A stretch of DNA of 60,033 nucleotides, from IMG/VR virus record IMGVR_UViG_3300030104_000540, positions 1-60,033 of that record. One strand, given 5' to 3'. Below are positions 6,406 through 15,319 of the stretch, one piece after another. Source of the DNA: a virus. Lineage: Duplodnaviria; Caudoviricetes. The notes beneath the pieces were generated by a model that saw nothing but the letters and a program-made list of their open reading frames with translations, was not told where the DNA came from and searched no databases. Position 1 is the stretch's first letter. The number at the start of each line of letters is the position of its first letter. The position numbers and the translations under genes are program-made.

Positions 6406-7047
6406 ATGTTTAATACAGTTAAAGAAGCATGGGCTGAAGTGGGTGGCTTATCCAAGCCATCTAAAATGCCATCATTTGGTTATTCATTAAGTGCATTTAA
6501 ATGCAAGGTAGGTAGTAAGCTGAGGAATATTGCTAACTCTACATGTAGTGATTGCTATGCATTGAAGGGAAGGTATGTCTTCCCCAATGTACAAGAAGCA
6601 TTGGATAGGAGAATGGATAGGCTATTGAACAATCCTAATTGGATTGAAGCTATGTCATTTTTAATCAATCACTATTCCACTAAAGGTGGAGTGTTTAGGT
6701 GGCATGATAGTGGAGATTTACAATCTCTTGATCACCTACAAAAGATTGTAAAAGTTGCTGAGCTTACACCTAGTGTAAGGCATTGGCTACCAACAAGAGA
6801 GGTAGCAATGGTGCGAGATTACCAAAAGCAATACGGAGAGTTTCCTAGCAACTTAGTTGTTAGGATAAGTGCTACTATGATTAATGGTTTACCCCATAAG
6901 TTTCATAGGCATACTAGCACAGTATCAACAGCCAAAGATTTTGATTTGGGTTGGACTTGTCCTGCTAGTAAACAAGGTAACAAGTGTGACACGTGTCGTG
7001 CTTGTTGGGATAGTAATGTTGAAAATATTACTTACCCTTTACATTAA
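6406..7047 (+). CDS. GP88-family protein (Cys-rich, radical-SAM-like)
   Basis: SKMP, C-x11-CSDCYA, FRWHDSGD and C-terminal CxxCxxC motifs. Confidence 0.75.
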   Translation: MFNTVKEAWAEVGGLSKPSKMPSFGYSLSAFKCKVGSKLRNIANSTCSDCYALKGRYVFPNVQEALDRRMDRLLNNPNWIEAMSFLINHYSTKGGVFRWHDSGDLQSLDHLQKIVKVAELTPSVRHWLPTREVAMVRDYQKQYGEFPSNLVVRISATMINGLPHKFHRHTSTVSTAKDFDLGWTCPASKQGNKCDTCRACWDSNVENITYPLH

Positions 7048-7081
7048 GAGTGTTATAGTATATAACATAAACATTAACTAA

Positions 7082-7095
7082 GTCCGATGTCGGAC
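7082..7095. promoter_or_regulatory. Palindrome copy 5
   Basis: Exact copy upstream of an AAGGAG SD. Confidence 0.85.
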
Positions 7096-7117
7096 ATAAT
7101 TGAAAGGAGCATATATT

Positions 7118-7390
7118 ATGTTTTTCTTATATTCGTCTAAATTAACTAACGATAAGATGGGAGTAAGACGTAGTCTTATTCTTGAAATTAATGATGTCAA
7201 AGTTATCAATTTTAAAACTATGACATATTGGAGAAAGAGATTGTTCTCTTACTCTAGAACACTCAACAAGCCTGTGGGCTTTACTCAAGGTGATTGCTTT
7301 AACAGTTATCACTTCTTTAACTTCACATTACATGTGGAGAAAAGAAGAAACAGGCAATCTGTGAGAAAGCTGTGGCACTTCGCAGGTTAA
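7118..7390 (+). CDS. Early hypothetical protein
   Basis: AAGGAG SD before ATG 7118. Confidence 0.7.
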   Translation: MFFLYSSKLTNDKMGVRRSLILEINDVKVINFKTMTYWRKRLFSYSRTLNKPVGFTQGDCFNSYHFFNFTLHVEKRRNRQSVRKLWHFAG

Positions 7391-7394
7391 TGTG

Positions 7395-7550
7395 ATGTCT
7401 AAGATGCGTAACCCTATTGCTAGAATGTTGCACATAGCGACACGCAATAGGGTTATGGGTGTAGACAAAAAGTTTAACAAGAAAAAAGAAAGGCAGAAAA
7501 ATGCAAAGTCAAAACTTAGGAAAGATGCGAGTAAACAAGAAGATGTTTAA
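7395..7550 (+). CDS. 51-aa basic protein (RNPIAR...KKFNKKKER)
   Basis: Manual translation; resembles small basic NPxA phage peptides. Confidence 0.5.
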   Translation: MSKMRNPIARMLHIATRNRVMGVDKKFNKKKERQKNAKSKLRKDASKQEDV

Positions 7551-7641
7551 CAAAGACAAAAGAAAAGAGTACAAGCATAACAGACGTTTACAACGTCAGC
7601 TTAAACAAACAACACAACTAAAAGCATGGAGACAAGCATGA
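7501..7641 (+). CDS. 46-aa basic protein
   Basis: Manual translation; GAAAGG SD; ATGA overlap with the next gene. Confidence 0.5.
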   Translation: MQSQNLGKMRVNKKMFNKDKRKEYKHNRRLQRQLKQTTQLKAWRQA

Positions 7642-7871
7642 GTGATACACCGACAGTAGCACAGACTAACAGAGAAGCATTGTATGAGATAATGCAATTG
7701 CTAGGCGATGAGTATGAGAGTGGTTACATAGGTAACTATGAGAGATGGGGTGATGAAACCACATCTTACATATGGCATGGCAACAAGAAATATGGTGGCT
7801 ATCGTGGAGAAGACAGCCACAGATTATTAATCACAGCAATACTATTGCTAAAGAAAAAGTTAGGAGAGTAA
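7638..7871 (+). CDS. Hypothetical protein
   Basis: GGAG SD before ATG 7638; ORF track. Confidence 0.65.
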   Translation: MSDTPTVAQTNREALYEIMQLLGDEYESGYIGNYERWGDETTSYIWHGNKKYGGYRGEDSHRLLITAILLLKKKLGE

Positions 7872-7873
7872 TT

Positions 7874-8455
7874 ATGAAAATTAAAAAGCTAATCAAACTA
7901 TTAGAATGCATTGAGGGTGACTACAATGGCAAACTACCACAGGACATGTATCATCTAGGCACGTACACAAAAGAGGGTGGCACGTGGGAAGCTATTGCTG
8001 AGATGGATTTTGTACATGCTATGAGGGCATTTAAAAGGGTAATCAACTATGATGTAAACCTAGAGGTATCTGTATCACAGACTAATCAGATAATGAAACT
8101 AGAGCAAGAGGTGTCACACTTGAGAGAGAGAGTAAAAAACTTGAATAAACAAGCTCATGCCTTGCAAGAATCAAACATTCAGATGAAAGAACGTAACCAA
8201 GACTTACACAAAAGGCTTGAGGAGAAGTCTTACAGAGAAGTGACAGCACCACGTTATGTATTCAGCGAGATACCTAACGACTGTGATGGTCAAAGGTTTG
8301 TTGATGATGCAAAAAACTATTTCAACAGAAGCAGATACAATATGAGAGTGCGAGGTCAACACATCAAGGAAGAATACAAAGGCACAGGTGCTACGGCATA
8401 TGGGCAAAGCATAGAACAATCAACACACTTACGTGTATACATAGAGGAGAAGTAA
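7874..8455 (+). CDS. Coiled-coil hypothetical protein
   Basis: AGGAG SD before ATG 7874; ORF track. Confidence 0.7.
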   Translation: MKIKKLIKLLECIEGDYNGKLPQDMYHLGTYTKEGGTWEAIAEMDFVHAMRAFKRVINYDVNLEVSVSQTNQIMKLEQEVSHLRERVKNLNKQAHALQESNIQMKERNQDLHKRLEEKSYREVTAPRYVFSEIPNDCDGQRFVDDAKNYFNRSRYNMRVRGQHIKEEYKGTGATAYGQSIEQSTHLRVYIEEK

Positions 8456-8457
8456 AA

Positions 8458-8661
8458 ATGAAGAATGAATATTTAAAAGAAACATTTAGTAATGATAAAG
8501 TAATCGTATCAAAAGTAGATATAGATGCAATGCATAGATACATAAGCAGTAAGGATTCAGAAACTATATCTGCTATTGTCTATGATGCTTTAACGTCTAT
8601 GGATATTAAACATGATGGTTTTGGTTGGGATATAAATGTAACTGTAGAACAGGAGAAGTAG
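8458..8661 (+). CDS. Hypothetical protein
   Basis: SD; packed operon. Confidence 0.65.
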   Translation: MKNEYLKETFSNDKVIVSKVDIDAMHRYISSKDSETISAIVYDALTSMDIKHDGFGWDINVTVEQEK

Positions 8662-8856
8662 ATGAATAAAATTTTCTTAACATACGAGCAATCTCAATGG
8701 CTATATGTCGTTTGGGTAGATGGTGTAGCTAATTACTACCCCACCTATGCAAAAGCAAAAGAATACTATGACGTTTGTACGGATTATGATAACGTAGTGT
8801 TGGATTGTTGGGATACATTTCATAAAAGGCTAAGAACAATAGAGGAGAAAGAATAA
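8662..8856 (+). CDS. Hypothetical protein
   Basis: SD; packed operon. Confidence 0.6.
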   Translation: MNKIFLTYEQSQWLYVVWVDGVANYYPTYAKAKEYYDVCTDYDNVVLDCWDTFHKRLRTIEEKE

Positions 8857-9077
8857 TGGAAGAAGAAATTATTGACATGCTAAACATACAGCATAGAATA
8901 GAAGAGTTAATGCAAGAGGGCAAGGCATCAAAACTCAGAGGGTGGTCAGCGAGAGACATTTCAGATCGCATCACCTCTGAGTGGCGAGACGAGAAAGCAG
9001 GAGAGTATGCTTTCAAGTACATAGCCTACAATTATTCAACAGCTAAGTCCGACATCGGACATAAGAAAGGAGACTAA
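8856..9077 (+). CDS. Hypothetical protein
   Basis: TAATG overlap; SD. Confidence 0.65.
   Translation: MEEEIIDMLNIQHRIEELMQEGKASKLRGWSARDISDRITSEWRDEKAGEYAFKYIAYNYSTAKSDIGHKKGD
9047..9060. promoter_or_regulatory. Palindrome copy 6 with reversed centre (GTCCGACATCGGAC)
   Basis: Reverse complement of the core within the same TAA...ATAA flanks; upstream of the SD of 9079. Confidence 0.85.
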
Positions 9078-9078
9078 C

Positions 9079-9444
9079 ATGAAAGCATATTACATAGACC
9101 CAATACTACAGTTTGTAGCAGAGGTAGACTTTATACCTGAATCAAACCTGCACGGATTTAGAAAGATATATGAGTGGATTGATGCAGGAACATTTGATGT
9201 AGTCAATCTCAATAGTTACGGAGATGGTATGTACGTTGATGATGAGGGATTACTCAAGAGCAGTAACCATTTCTTTAAAGTTCCTGTGTGGAATGGCGAA
9301 GAGTATGTCCAGCAGATGTATGCAGGTAAGGCACTCATACTAGGTGTAGATAGTGATGGAGACAGCGATGATGTAAAAGGTTTATCTTTTAAATTGTTGC
9401 AAGATAGAATAGAATTTTTAGGAGAGAAGGAGATACGACAATGA
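9079..9444 (+). CDS. DUF3846-like phage protein
   Basis: YVDDEGLLK and G-x-ALILG motifs. Confidence 0.65.
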   Translation: MKAYYIDPILQFVAEVDFIPESNLHGFRKIYEWIDAGTFDVVNLNSYGDGMYVDDEGLLKSSNHFFKVPVWNGEEYVQQMYAGKALILGVDSDGDSDDVKGLSFKLLQDRIEFLGEKEIRQ

Positions 9445-10679
9445 ATGTATTAAGTTTATTTGATGGTATGTCTTGTGGACAGATAGCACTTAACAGAGCA
9501 GGTGTGAAGTATGACAAGTATTATGCATCTGAAGTTGACAAGTATGCTATTAAAGTTGCTAATGTTAATTTTCCAAACACGATACAGTTAGGAGATGTAT
9601 CTTATATTAACTCTCATGGTTCAGATGAACTACATGAAGATGAGATAGACCTACTTATGGGTGGTTCACCTTGTCAGGGATTTAGTGTAGCAGGTAAACA
9701 ACTAAACTTTGATGACCCACGTAGCAAACTATTCTTTGAGTTTGTCAGACTAAGAGATAAGCTAAAGCCTAAGTACTTTCTTATGGAGAATGTACCTATG
9801 AAACAAGATTCGCAGGACATTATTACAAAGTATTTAGGTGTTGAGCCTATCACTATAAACTCTAGTTTATTCTCTGCACAGAATAGAAAGAGATTGTATT
9901 GGACTAACATTCCCTTTGATATACCTACAGAAGACAAAGGTATAGTGTTGCAGGATATACTAGAAGATGGTATTGCTAATGATGCTATGACTAACAAAGA
10001 TAGCAAGTCACATTGCATTACTGCACGATACAATGGTGCAGTATGGTGGAACAGTATCCAACGTAAGCAACGTACTATGGTACAAGTGGGCGAAGCTGAT
10101 AACATCAAAGGCTTTGATAGTATCAAACGTATCTACTCACCCAATGGGAAAGCTCCCACACTTACCACTATGCAGGGTGGGCATAGAGAACCAAAGGTAG
10201 CTACAGATATTGTAACATTTAATCCTAACCAAGAAGCTAAGATACAGAAGATGAATGTTACAACGGACAAAGCCAACTGTCTTACAGAAGCCATAGGCAG
10301 AGGTGGTAGTAGCTCTGAGTATCTGACTAGTGTTAAGAAGAAAACACTAGCACTTAAATCCATAGGTAGAATTGTTAATCGTAGGCTAGATGAGGATGGT
10401 GTCCGTAAAGACAACCAACTTGAGCTACCTCTATCCAAACAGTTAGAGATAAGTGATAGTGATAAGTCCAACTGTCTCACAACTGTAAGCAAAGACAATG
10501 TAGTAGTAGAGGGTATGCAATGGAGAAAGCTAACACCAATAGAGTGTGAGCGATTGCAAACTGTACCTGACAACTACACCAATCACGTGTCCAATAGCCA
10601 ACGATACAAGATGTTAGGTAATGGTTGGACAGTTGATGTGATTGCACACATAATGAAAGGAATAAAGAATGTGGACTAA
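9441..10679 (+). CDS. DNA (cytosine-5) methyltransferase
   Basis: SLFDG, GGSPCQGFS, ENV, QNRKRLYW, RKLTPIECERLQ, YKMLGNGW. Confidence 0.95.
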   Translation: MNVLSLFDGMSCGQIALNRAGVKYDKYYASEVDKYAIKVANVNFPNTIQLGDVSYINSHGSDELHEDEIDLLMGGSPCQGFSVAGKQLNFDDPRSKLFFEFVRLRDKLKPKYFLMENVPMKQDSQDIITKYLGVEPITINSSLFSAQNRKRLYWTNIPFDIPTEDKGIVLQDILEDGIANDAMTNKDSKSHCITARYNGAVWWNSIQRKQRTMVQVGEADNIKGFDSIKRIYSPNGKAPTLTTMQGGHREPKVATDIVTFNPNQEAKIQKMNVTTDKANCLTEAIGRGGSSSEYLTSVKKKTLALKSIGRIVNRRLDEDGVRKDNQLELPLSKQLEISDSDKSNCLTTVSKDNVVVEGMQWRKLTPIECERLQTVPDNYTNHVSNSQRYKMLGNGWTVDVIAHIMKGIKNVD

Positions 10680-10947
10680 ACCAAAAGCAAAGCGATGGCA
10701 GGATGCTGAACTATACGAAGTGTATTGGCAAGGCAAACTGCCACGCAGTGGATTCAGAAAGACTTGGGTTCTAACCAAACGTAAATGGGTTTGGATACGT
10801 GAAGCAGGTAATGTATACAAAGACATACACAAAATGTCTGTTGCCAATTTTAATCTGTTACCTCATTGGACTGATGAGAAGTGGCAGAGTATGAGAAAGG
10901 ATTGGCAAGAGGGTAACTTTAAACCAATGAAAAGGAGGAGAAGATGA
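10669..10947 (+). CDS. Trp/Arg-rich hypothetical protein
   Basis: SD; overlap with both neighbours. Confidence 0.65.
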   Translation: MWTKPKAKRWQDAELYEVYWQGKLPRSGFRKTWVLTKRKWVWIREAGNVYKDIHKMSVANFNLLPHWTDEKWQSMRKDWQEGNFKPMKRRRR

Positions 10948-11378
10948 TGATAGCTGAAGCATTATTTTGTTTAGCACTCAACGTGTATCACGAAGCTAAG
11001 AACCAATCTTTAATTGGACAGATAGCAGTGGCACAAGTTGTTATTAACAGAGTACACGATGAACGATACCCTGACACAATATGTGAAGTGGTGGAGCAAG
11101 GACCAACTTACAGTTGGAAGCCTGACTTTCCAATTCGTAACAGATGTCAGTTCAGTTGGTACTGTGATGGTAAAAGTGACACACCTAGAGACCCAGATGC
11201 ATGGGAAGAAGCTATGCTAGTAGCTAGTGGTGTATATCATGGTCAAGTGTATGATCTAGTAGAGGGTGCAACACACTACCACGCATACTATGTAACACCA
11301 TCTTGGGCGAGTAGTAAGACATACATTACACGAATAGATGACCACATATTTTACAGATGGGATATTAATTATGATTGA
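10944..11378 (+). CDS. Cell wall hydrolase, SleB/Hydrolase_2 family
   Basis: CLALNVYHEA, VINRV, CQFSW, GATHYHA, HIFY. Confidence 0.92.
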   Translation: MMIAEALFCLALNVYHEAKNQSLIGQIAVAQVVINRVHDERYPDTICEVVEQGPTYSWKPDFPIRNRCQFSWYCDGKSDTPRDPDAWEEAMLVASGVYHGQVYDLVEGATHYHAYYVTPSWASSKTYITRIDDHIFYRWDINYD

Positions 11379-11535
11379 TGACATAAATAAATTTAAACTA
11401 TCAGACTTTATACAAAGAGTGACTGAAATGTATTTGTATAATTTAGAACACTACCCTGAAGAGAACCCAACAATAGATGGTGCATTTAGGGAAGTCTTAT
11501 TACAAACATCACAGGAGTTGACAGACAATGAATAA
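11371..11535 (+). CDS. Hypothetical protein
   Basis: ORF track; ATG at 11371. Confidence 0.55.
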   Translation: MIDDINKFKLSDFIQRVTEMYLYNLEHYPEENPTIDGAFREVLLQTSQELTDNE

Positions 11536-11815
11536 ATTTTCAGAAAAAAGAACAGGTGATATAACTGAAATAACTGCCTGTAACCTTTTGTTAAAAGAAG
11601 GATATGAGGTCTTTAGAAATTTATGTTGCACAGGTGCAGTTGATATAGTTGCTATAAAAGATAATAAAGTATATCTTATTGATGTAAAAACACCTAATGT
11701 ATATAAGAAAAAATTGTATTATTCTAAGCCTACTGCAATTCAAAAAGAATTGGGGGTTATTTTATTAGGTGTATATGAAAATAAACTCCATTGGAAGGAG
11801 AGTGAGGATGAATAA
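11528..11815 (+). CDS. PD-(D/E)XK nuclease (Hjc-like)
   Basis: G-x2-TE, GYEVF, DIVA, IDVKT. Confidence 0.7.
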   Translation: MNKFSEKRTGDITEITACNLLLKEGYEVFRNLCCTGAVDIVAIKDNKVYLIDVKTPNVYKKKLYYSKPTAIQKELGVILLGVYENKLHWKESEDE

Positions 11816-12119
11816 ATTTATATATGATTGTTGGAATGTCGTTATGAATTATGAACGCAATCCACTAAGTAACATACAAGACCTACACGTTAGGCATATG
11901 GTCATGCAGCTTCTTGCATGGATGTGGTGCATAGCATTCTCTATGTGGGTAGGTAGTATGTGGGTATTTGGTTTGACTGCTGTCATACACATTATACTTA
12001 TCGTTGCTATTGTAATGACAGTAGCAGTATTTGAAACAGCTAAACGTAAATCAACTTACTTTGACCATTGGTATAAGGAACGTGGTCTAGGCAGAGGAAA
12101 TGGGGGTGAACATGAATAG
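11808..12119 (+). CDS. Membrane protein (NPL...H...Q-x-LAWMW)
   Basis: Two TM segments; ATG 11808 with SD. Confidence 0.7.
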   Translation: MNKFIYDCWNVVMNYERNPLSNIQDLHVRHMVMQLLAWMWCIAFSMWVGSMWVFGLTAVIHIILIVAIVMTVAVFETAKRKSTYFDHWYKERGLGRGNGGEHE

Positions 12120-12618
12120 ATTTATTATAGAAGATACACCTTTGGGAATTGCACAATCATTGTGTGACCAACACGTGGTGAAGATGCCACTAGAAGAAGC
12201 ACAGATGTTGTGCACTGCACTGTGGCATCATGCACCTGAGTTTGCAGAGGAGAATAATTTGTACAAACCTGTGCATCAAAAACATCCATGTACATTGTGG
12301 GCTATGGAAACTAGGTCAAATTATTTCTTTGCTCTTTTATTGTATAAGTTTATGTTAAATGAGTATACAAAAAGATACAATAAAATACATGGTGCAAGTA
12401 AACATGAACATGTATTAGCATGTACGTGGGCAATAGAGAGCATACCCTATGGTAAACAAACTAAACACCCACAATGTTTTAGTGGGATGGATGAACTAAA
12501 GACTGATGAGTTCTATCCTGTCAAAGCCTATCGTGCTTTCTACATAGCTGACAAAGCTAGGTTTGCACGATACAGATACACACAACAACCTACTTGGATG
12601 AAAGGAGTAGCATTATGA
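12112..12618 (+). CDS. Pyrimidine-dimer DNA glycosylase family protein
   Basis: CDQHVVKMPLEEAQML, HPCTLW, EYTKRY..H, AYRAFY. Confidence 0.8.
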   Translation: MNRFIIEDTPLGIAQSLCDQHVVKMPLEEAQMLCTALWHHAPEFAEENNLYKPVHQKHPCTLWAMETRSNYFFALLLYKFMLNEYTKRYNKIHGASKHEHVLACTWAIESIPYGKQTKHPQCFSGMDELKTDEFYPVKAYRAFYIADKARFARYRYTQQPTWMKGVAL

Positions 12619-12896
12619 AAGATACAAAGAACCAATTTAATAAAGATATATTAGTAACGGAAGAGCAACGTATGAGATTCCTACAGCTGCATAACAAATT
12701 AAAGGATGCAGTAGAGTATGCTTCAGAGTGTAAGGACTTACGTCTATCTGACTTAGCTGTGATGGAAGAGTTGGTACACCACTTACATACATCGTTAAAC
12801 TTTTCACCAACGAAAAATCCTAATACAGATCAACCAAATATGTATTCAGATTACGTATTATCTTCAGATGAAACGGCTTGGGAACGTGCATACTAA
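12615..12896 (+). CDS. Hypothetical protein
   Basis: AAGGAG SD; ATGA-type overlap. Confidence 0.65.
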   Translation: MKDTKNQFNKDILVTEEQRMRFLQLHNKLKDAVEYASECKDLRLSDLAVMEELVHHLHTSLNFSPTKNPNTDQPNMYSDYVLSSDETAWERAY

Positions 12897-13263
12897 TACA
12901 TGGACAAAGGATGAAGTTGTTGCATTTTTGCAACATGCTTATAGTAAATTTGAATACAGAAATGTTGGTGTTATCTCACAAATTATCTATGAACTACAGC
13001 CACCACGATTAGAATACAAAGATATATTTAAGTGGACATGGAGTGACATAGACGATGAGTGGGATGCAGGTTTGTTGCATACCCTTGAACAGCAGAGGAA
13101 TGACTTTGGTTTTCAAGATTATATCGCACCACAAATCAGACCAATCAAAGGCGAGTATGTACCTTATACTAAATTTAGATTCTCTAAAGTAGCACGAAGA
13201 ATTATTAATGACACACCTACACTGAGAAAAGATTTACGTATGAGGTACTTGCCTTTAAGTTAA
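12868..13263 (+). CDS. Hypothetical protein
   Basis: ORF track; start uncertain. Confidence 0.6.
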   Translation: MKRLGNVHTNTWTKDEVVAFLQHAYSKFEYRNVGVISQIIYELQPPRLEYKDIFKWTWSDIDDEWDAGLLHTLEQQRNDFGFQDYIAPQIRPIKGEYVPYTKFRFSKVARRIINDTPTLRKDLRMRYLPLS

Positions 13264-13301
13264 AAATATGATATTTAATCTGTTAACAGAAAGGATGACA
13301 C

Positions 13302-14105
13302 ATGGACATAAATACTATACTACAAGATAATGATGTACCTATAGGTAGTACAAAGAGAATGGACTGTCAGTTTTGTGGTGGTAAAAATACTTTTACTATT
13401 ACAAACAGTATGGGTTCTATTTTATTTAATTGTTATAAAGCTAGTTGTTCAGTTAGTGGTAGTAGAAGAATAAACCTTACAGTAGAACAGATAAGAAATG
13501 TAAAAAAACCTACTGTAGATGATAAGTTTGTACTGCCTGACTATATTGTACCAATTAGGGAAGATAGATTTAAACAGCCTAAGTATGGAGCTAGTCTTTC
13601 GCTTTCATGGAAAGAGAAGATATGGAAAGACCATTGCCTAAATGATGTTAAAGAAGACAGGGCTGTGTTCTTAATAAAAGATAGTGAGAAGGGTGTAGTT
13701 GTAGATGCAATTGGTGCATCCACAGACAAACGATTACCTAAGTGGAAAAGATATGGTAGTAGCAGACATCCTTTCGTAGCATGGAATGGTAAAGGTGGCG
13801 ATGGTGGTGATAATAGTTGTGTGTTAGTAGAGGATTGTTACAGTGCATGTACAGCTGCAAAGCATGGCATCACAGGTGTAGCATTGCTAGGTACAAATCT
13901 ATTAGAAGAACATAAAAGATTTCTGTGTCATAACTTTGACACAGTTGTAGTTGCACTTGATCCTGATGCACTACAGAAAACTTTACAGATAAGAAAAGAG
14001 TTGCAAAGTTGGGTGCGTACTGCTAAGGTACTGCGACTAACAGACGACTTAAAGTATGAAGAAGAAATTGATATTAATAACTTAAAGGAGATGATATGGA
14101 ACTAG
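13302..14105 (+). CDS. DNA primase (Zn finger plus TOPRIM)
   Basis: CQFC...CYKASC; VLVED; ALLGT; VALDPDA. Confidence 0.9.
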   Translation: MDINTILQDNDVPIGSTKRMDCQFCGGKNTFTITNSMGSILFNCYKASCSVSGSRRINLTVEQIRNVKKPTVDDKFVLPDYIVPIREDRFKQPKYGASLSLSWKEKIWKDHCLNDVKEDRAVFLIKDSEKGVVVDAIGASTDKRLPKWKRYGSSRHPFVAWNGKGGDGGDNSCVLVEDCYSACTAAKHGITGVALLGTNLLEEHKRFLCHNFDTVVVALDPDALQKTLQIRKELQSWVRTAKVLRLTDDLKYEEEIDINNLKEMIWN

Positions 14106-15319
14106 CACTATTAAGAAGTTTAATGAATAAGAAGTTCTACGATGATCATCGTGGAGCAAGGTGTCCTAACAGATTATTTAGTAAGGATGCACAGAAAGTA
14201 AAGTCTGTTATAGATAAGGCTATGCATAGGTATGAGAGAACTGTAACACCTGATGAAGTAGAAGCATTATTTGTGTCAGGTAATCCTAGTATGACTACAG
14301 CACAGAAGAATGCATACATATCTATGTTCAGACAGGTTAAGAAAGAACAACCAATGGGAGATGATGTAGCACAGGAAGTGTTATCCAAACTTTTCCAACA
14401 GGTTATTGGTGAGGACATTGCTAATCTAGGTTTTGATTATGTGAATGGTGCTAAGAGTTCTTTAGAACCACTACGTAATATACTTGAGCAATATAGTGAT
14501 GACTTCACACCTACTATGAATATTGAGTGGGCTGATATAAGTATTGAAAACCTGCTGGACAAGAATGATCTTGAAGCAAGATGGACATTTAATATACCTA
14601 CACTATGCAGAAAGGTAGAGGGTATCAATGCAGGACATTTAATAGAGGTAGGTGCTAGACCTAATACAGGTAAGACATCTTTCCATGCTAGTCTTATAGC
14701 AGGTCCGGGTGGGTTTGCATCACAGGGTGCTAAGTGTATTGTGCTTTGTAATGAAGAAGGCTTTCATAGAGTAGGTGCAAGGTATCTTACAGCAGGTACA
14801 GGCATGAACCTACACCAAGTTAAGAATGACATGCAGAAAGCTAATGAAATATATGCACCATTGCGTAAGAATATATTTATTAAAGACACTACAGGTTACG
14901 ACATGAGTTGGGTAGAGTCTGCTGTCAAGAAAGAAAGACCTGATATTGTAGTGCTTGATATGGGTGATAAGTTTGCTACACACAAAGGATATGCTAGACC
15001 TGATGAAGCATTGAAAGCATGTGCTGTACATGCAAGACAGATAGCAAAACAATATGATTGTGCTGTGTTATATATGTCACAGTTAAGTGCAGAAGCAGAG
15101 GGTAAGGTTATACTTAATCAAAGTATGATGGAAGGTAGCCGTACAGGTAAAGCTGCAGAAGCAGACTTGATGGTACTCATTGCCAAGAACCCACAGGTAG
15201 AAGGGCAAGAAGAAGAGGATGCACAAAGACATTTAAACATTGTCAAGAATAAATTATCAGGATGGCATGGTAGTGTACACTGCGAGTTAGATTATTTAAT
15301 TGCAAGGTATAACGCATGA
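14096..15319 (+). CDS. Replicative DnaB-like (SF4) helicase
   Basis: ARPNTGKT, NEE, VVLD, SQL, EAD, KNK. Confidence 0.92.
   Translation: MELALLRSLMNKKFYDDHRGARCPNRLFSKDAQKVKSVIDKAMHRYERTVTPDEVEALFVSGNPSMTTAQKNAYISMFRQVKKEQPMGDDVAQEVLSKLFQQVIGEDIANLGFDYVNGAKSSLEPLRNILEQYSDDFTPTMNIEWADISIENLLDKNDLEARWTFNIPTLCRKVEGINAGHLIEVGARPNTGKTSFHASLIAGPGGFASQGAKCIVLCNEEGFHRVGARYLTAGTGMNLHQVKNDMQKANEIYAPLRKNIFIKDTTGYDMSWVESAVKKERPDIVVLDMGDKFATHKGYARPDEALKACAVHARQIAKQYDCAVLYMSQLSAEAEGKVILNQSMMEGSRTGKAAEADLMVLIAKNPQVEGQEEEDAQRHLNIVKNKLSGWHGSVHCELDYLIARYNA

Noticed and set aside
4818-9060. Palindrome copies as a CRISPR array
   Set aside because: Only 14 bp, spacing irregular (about 350-1950 bp) with genes in between; no cas operon; the Cas4-like gene is an ordinary phage exonuclease
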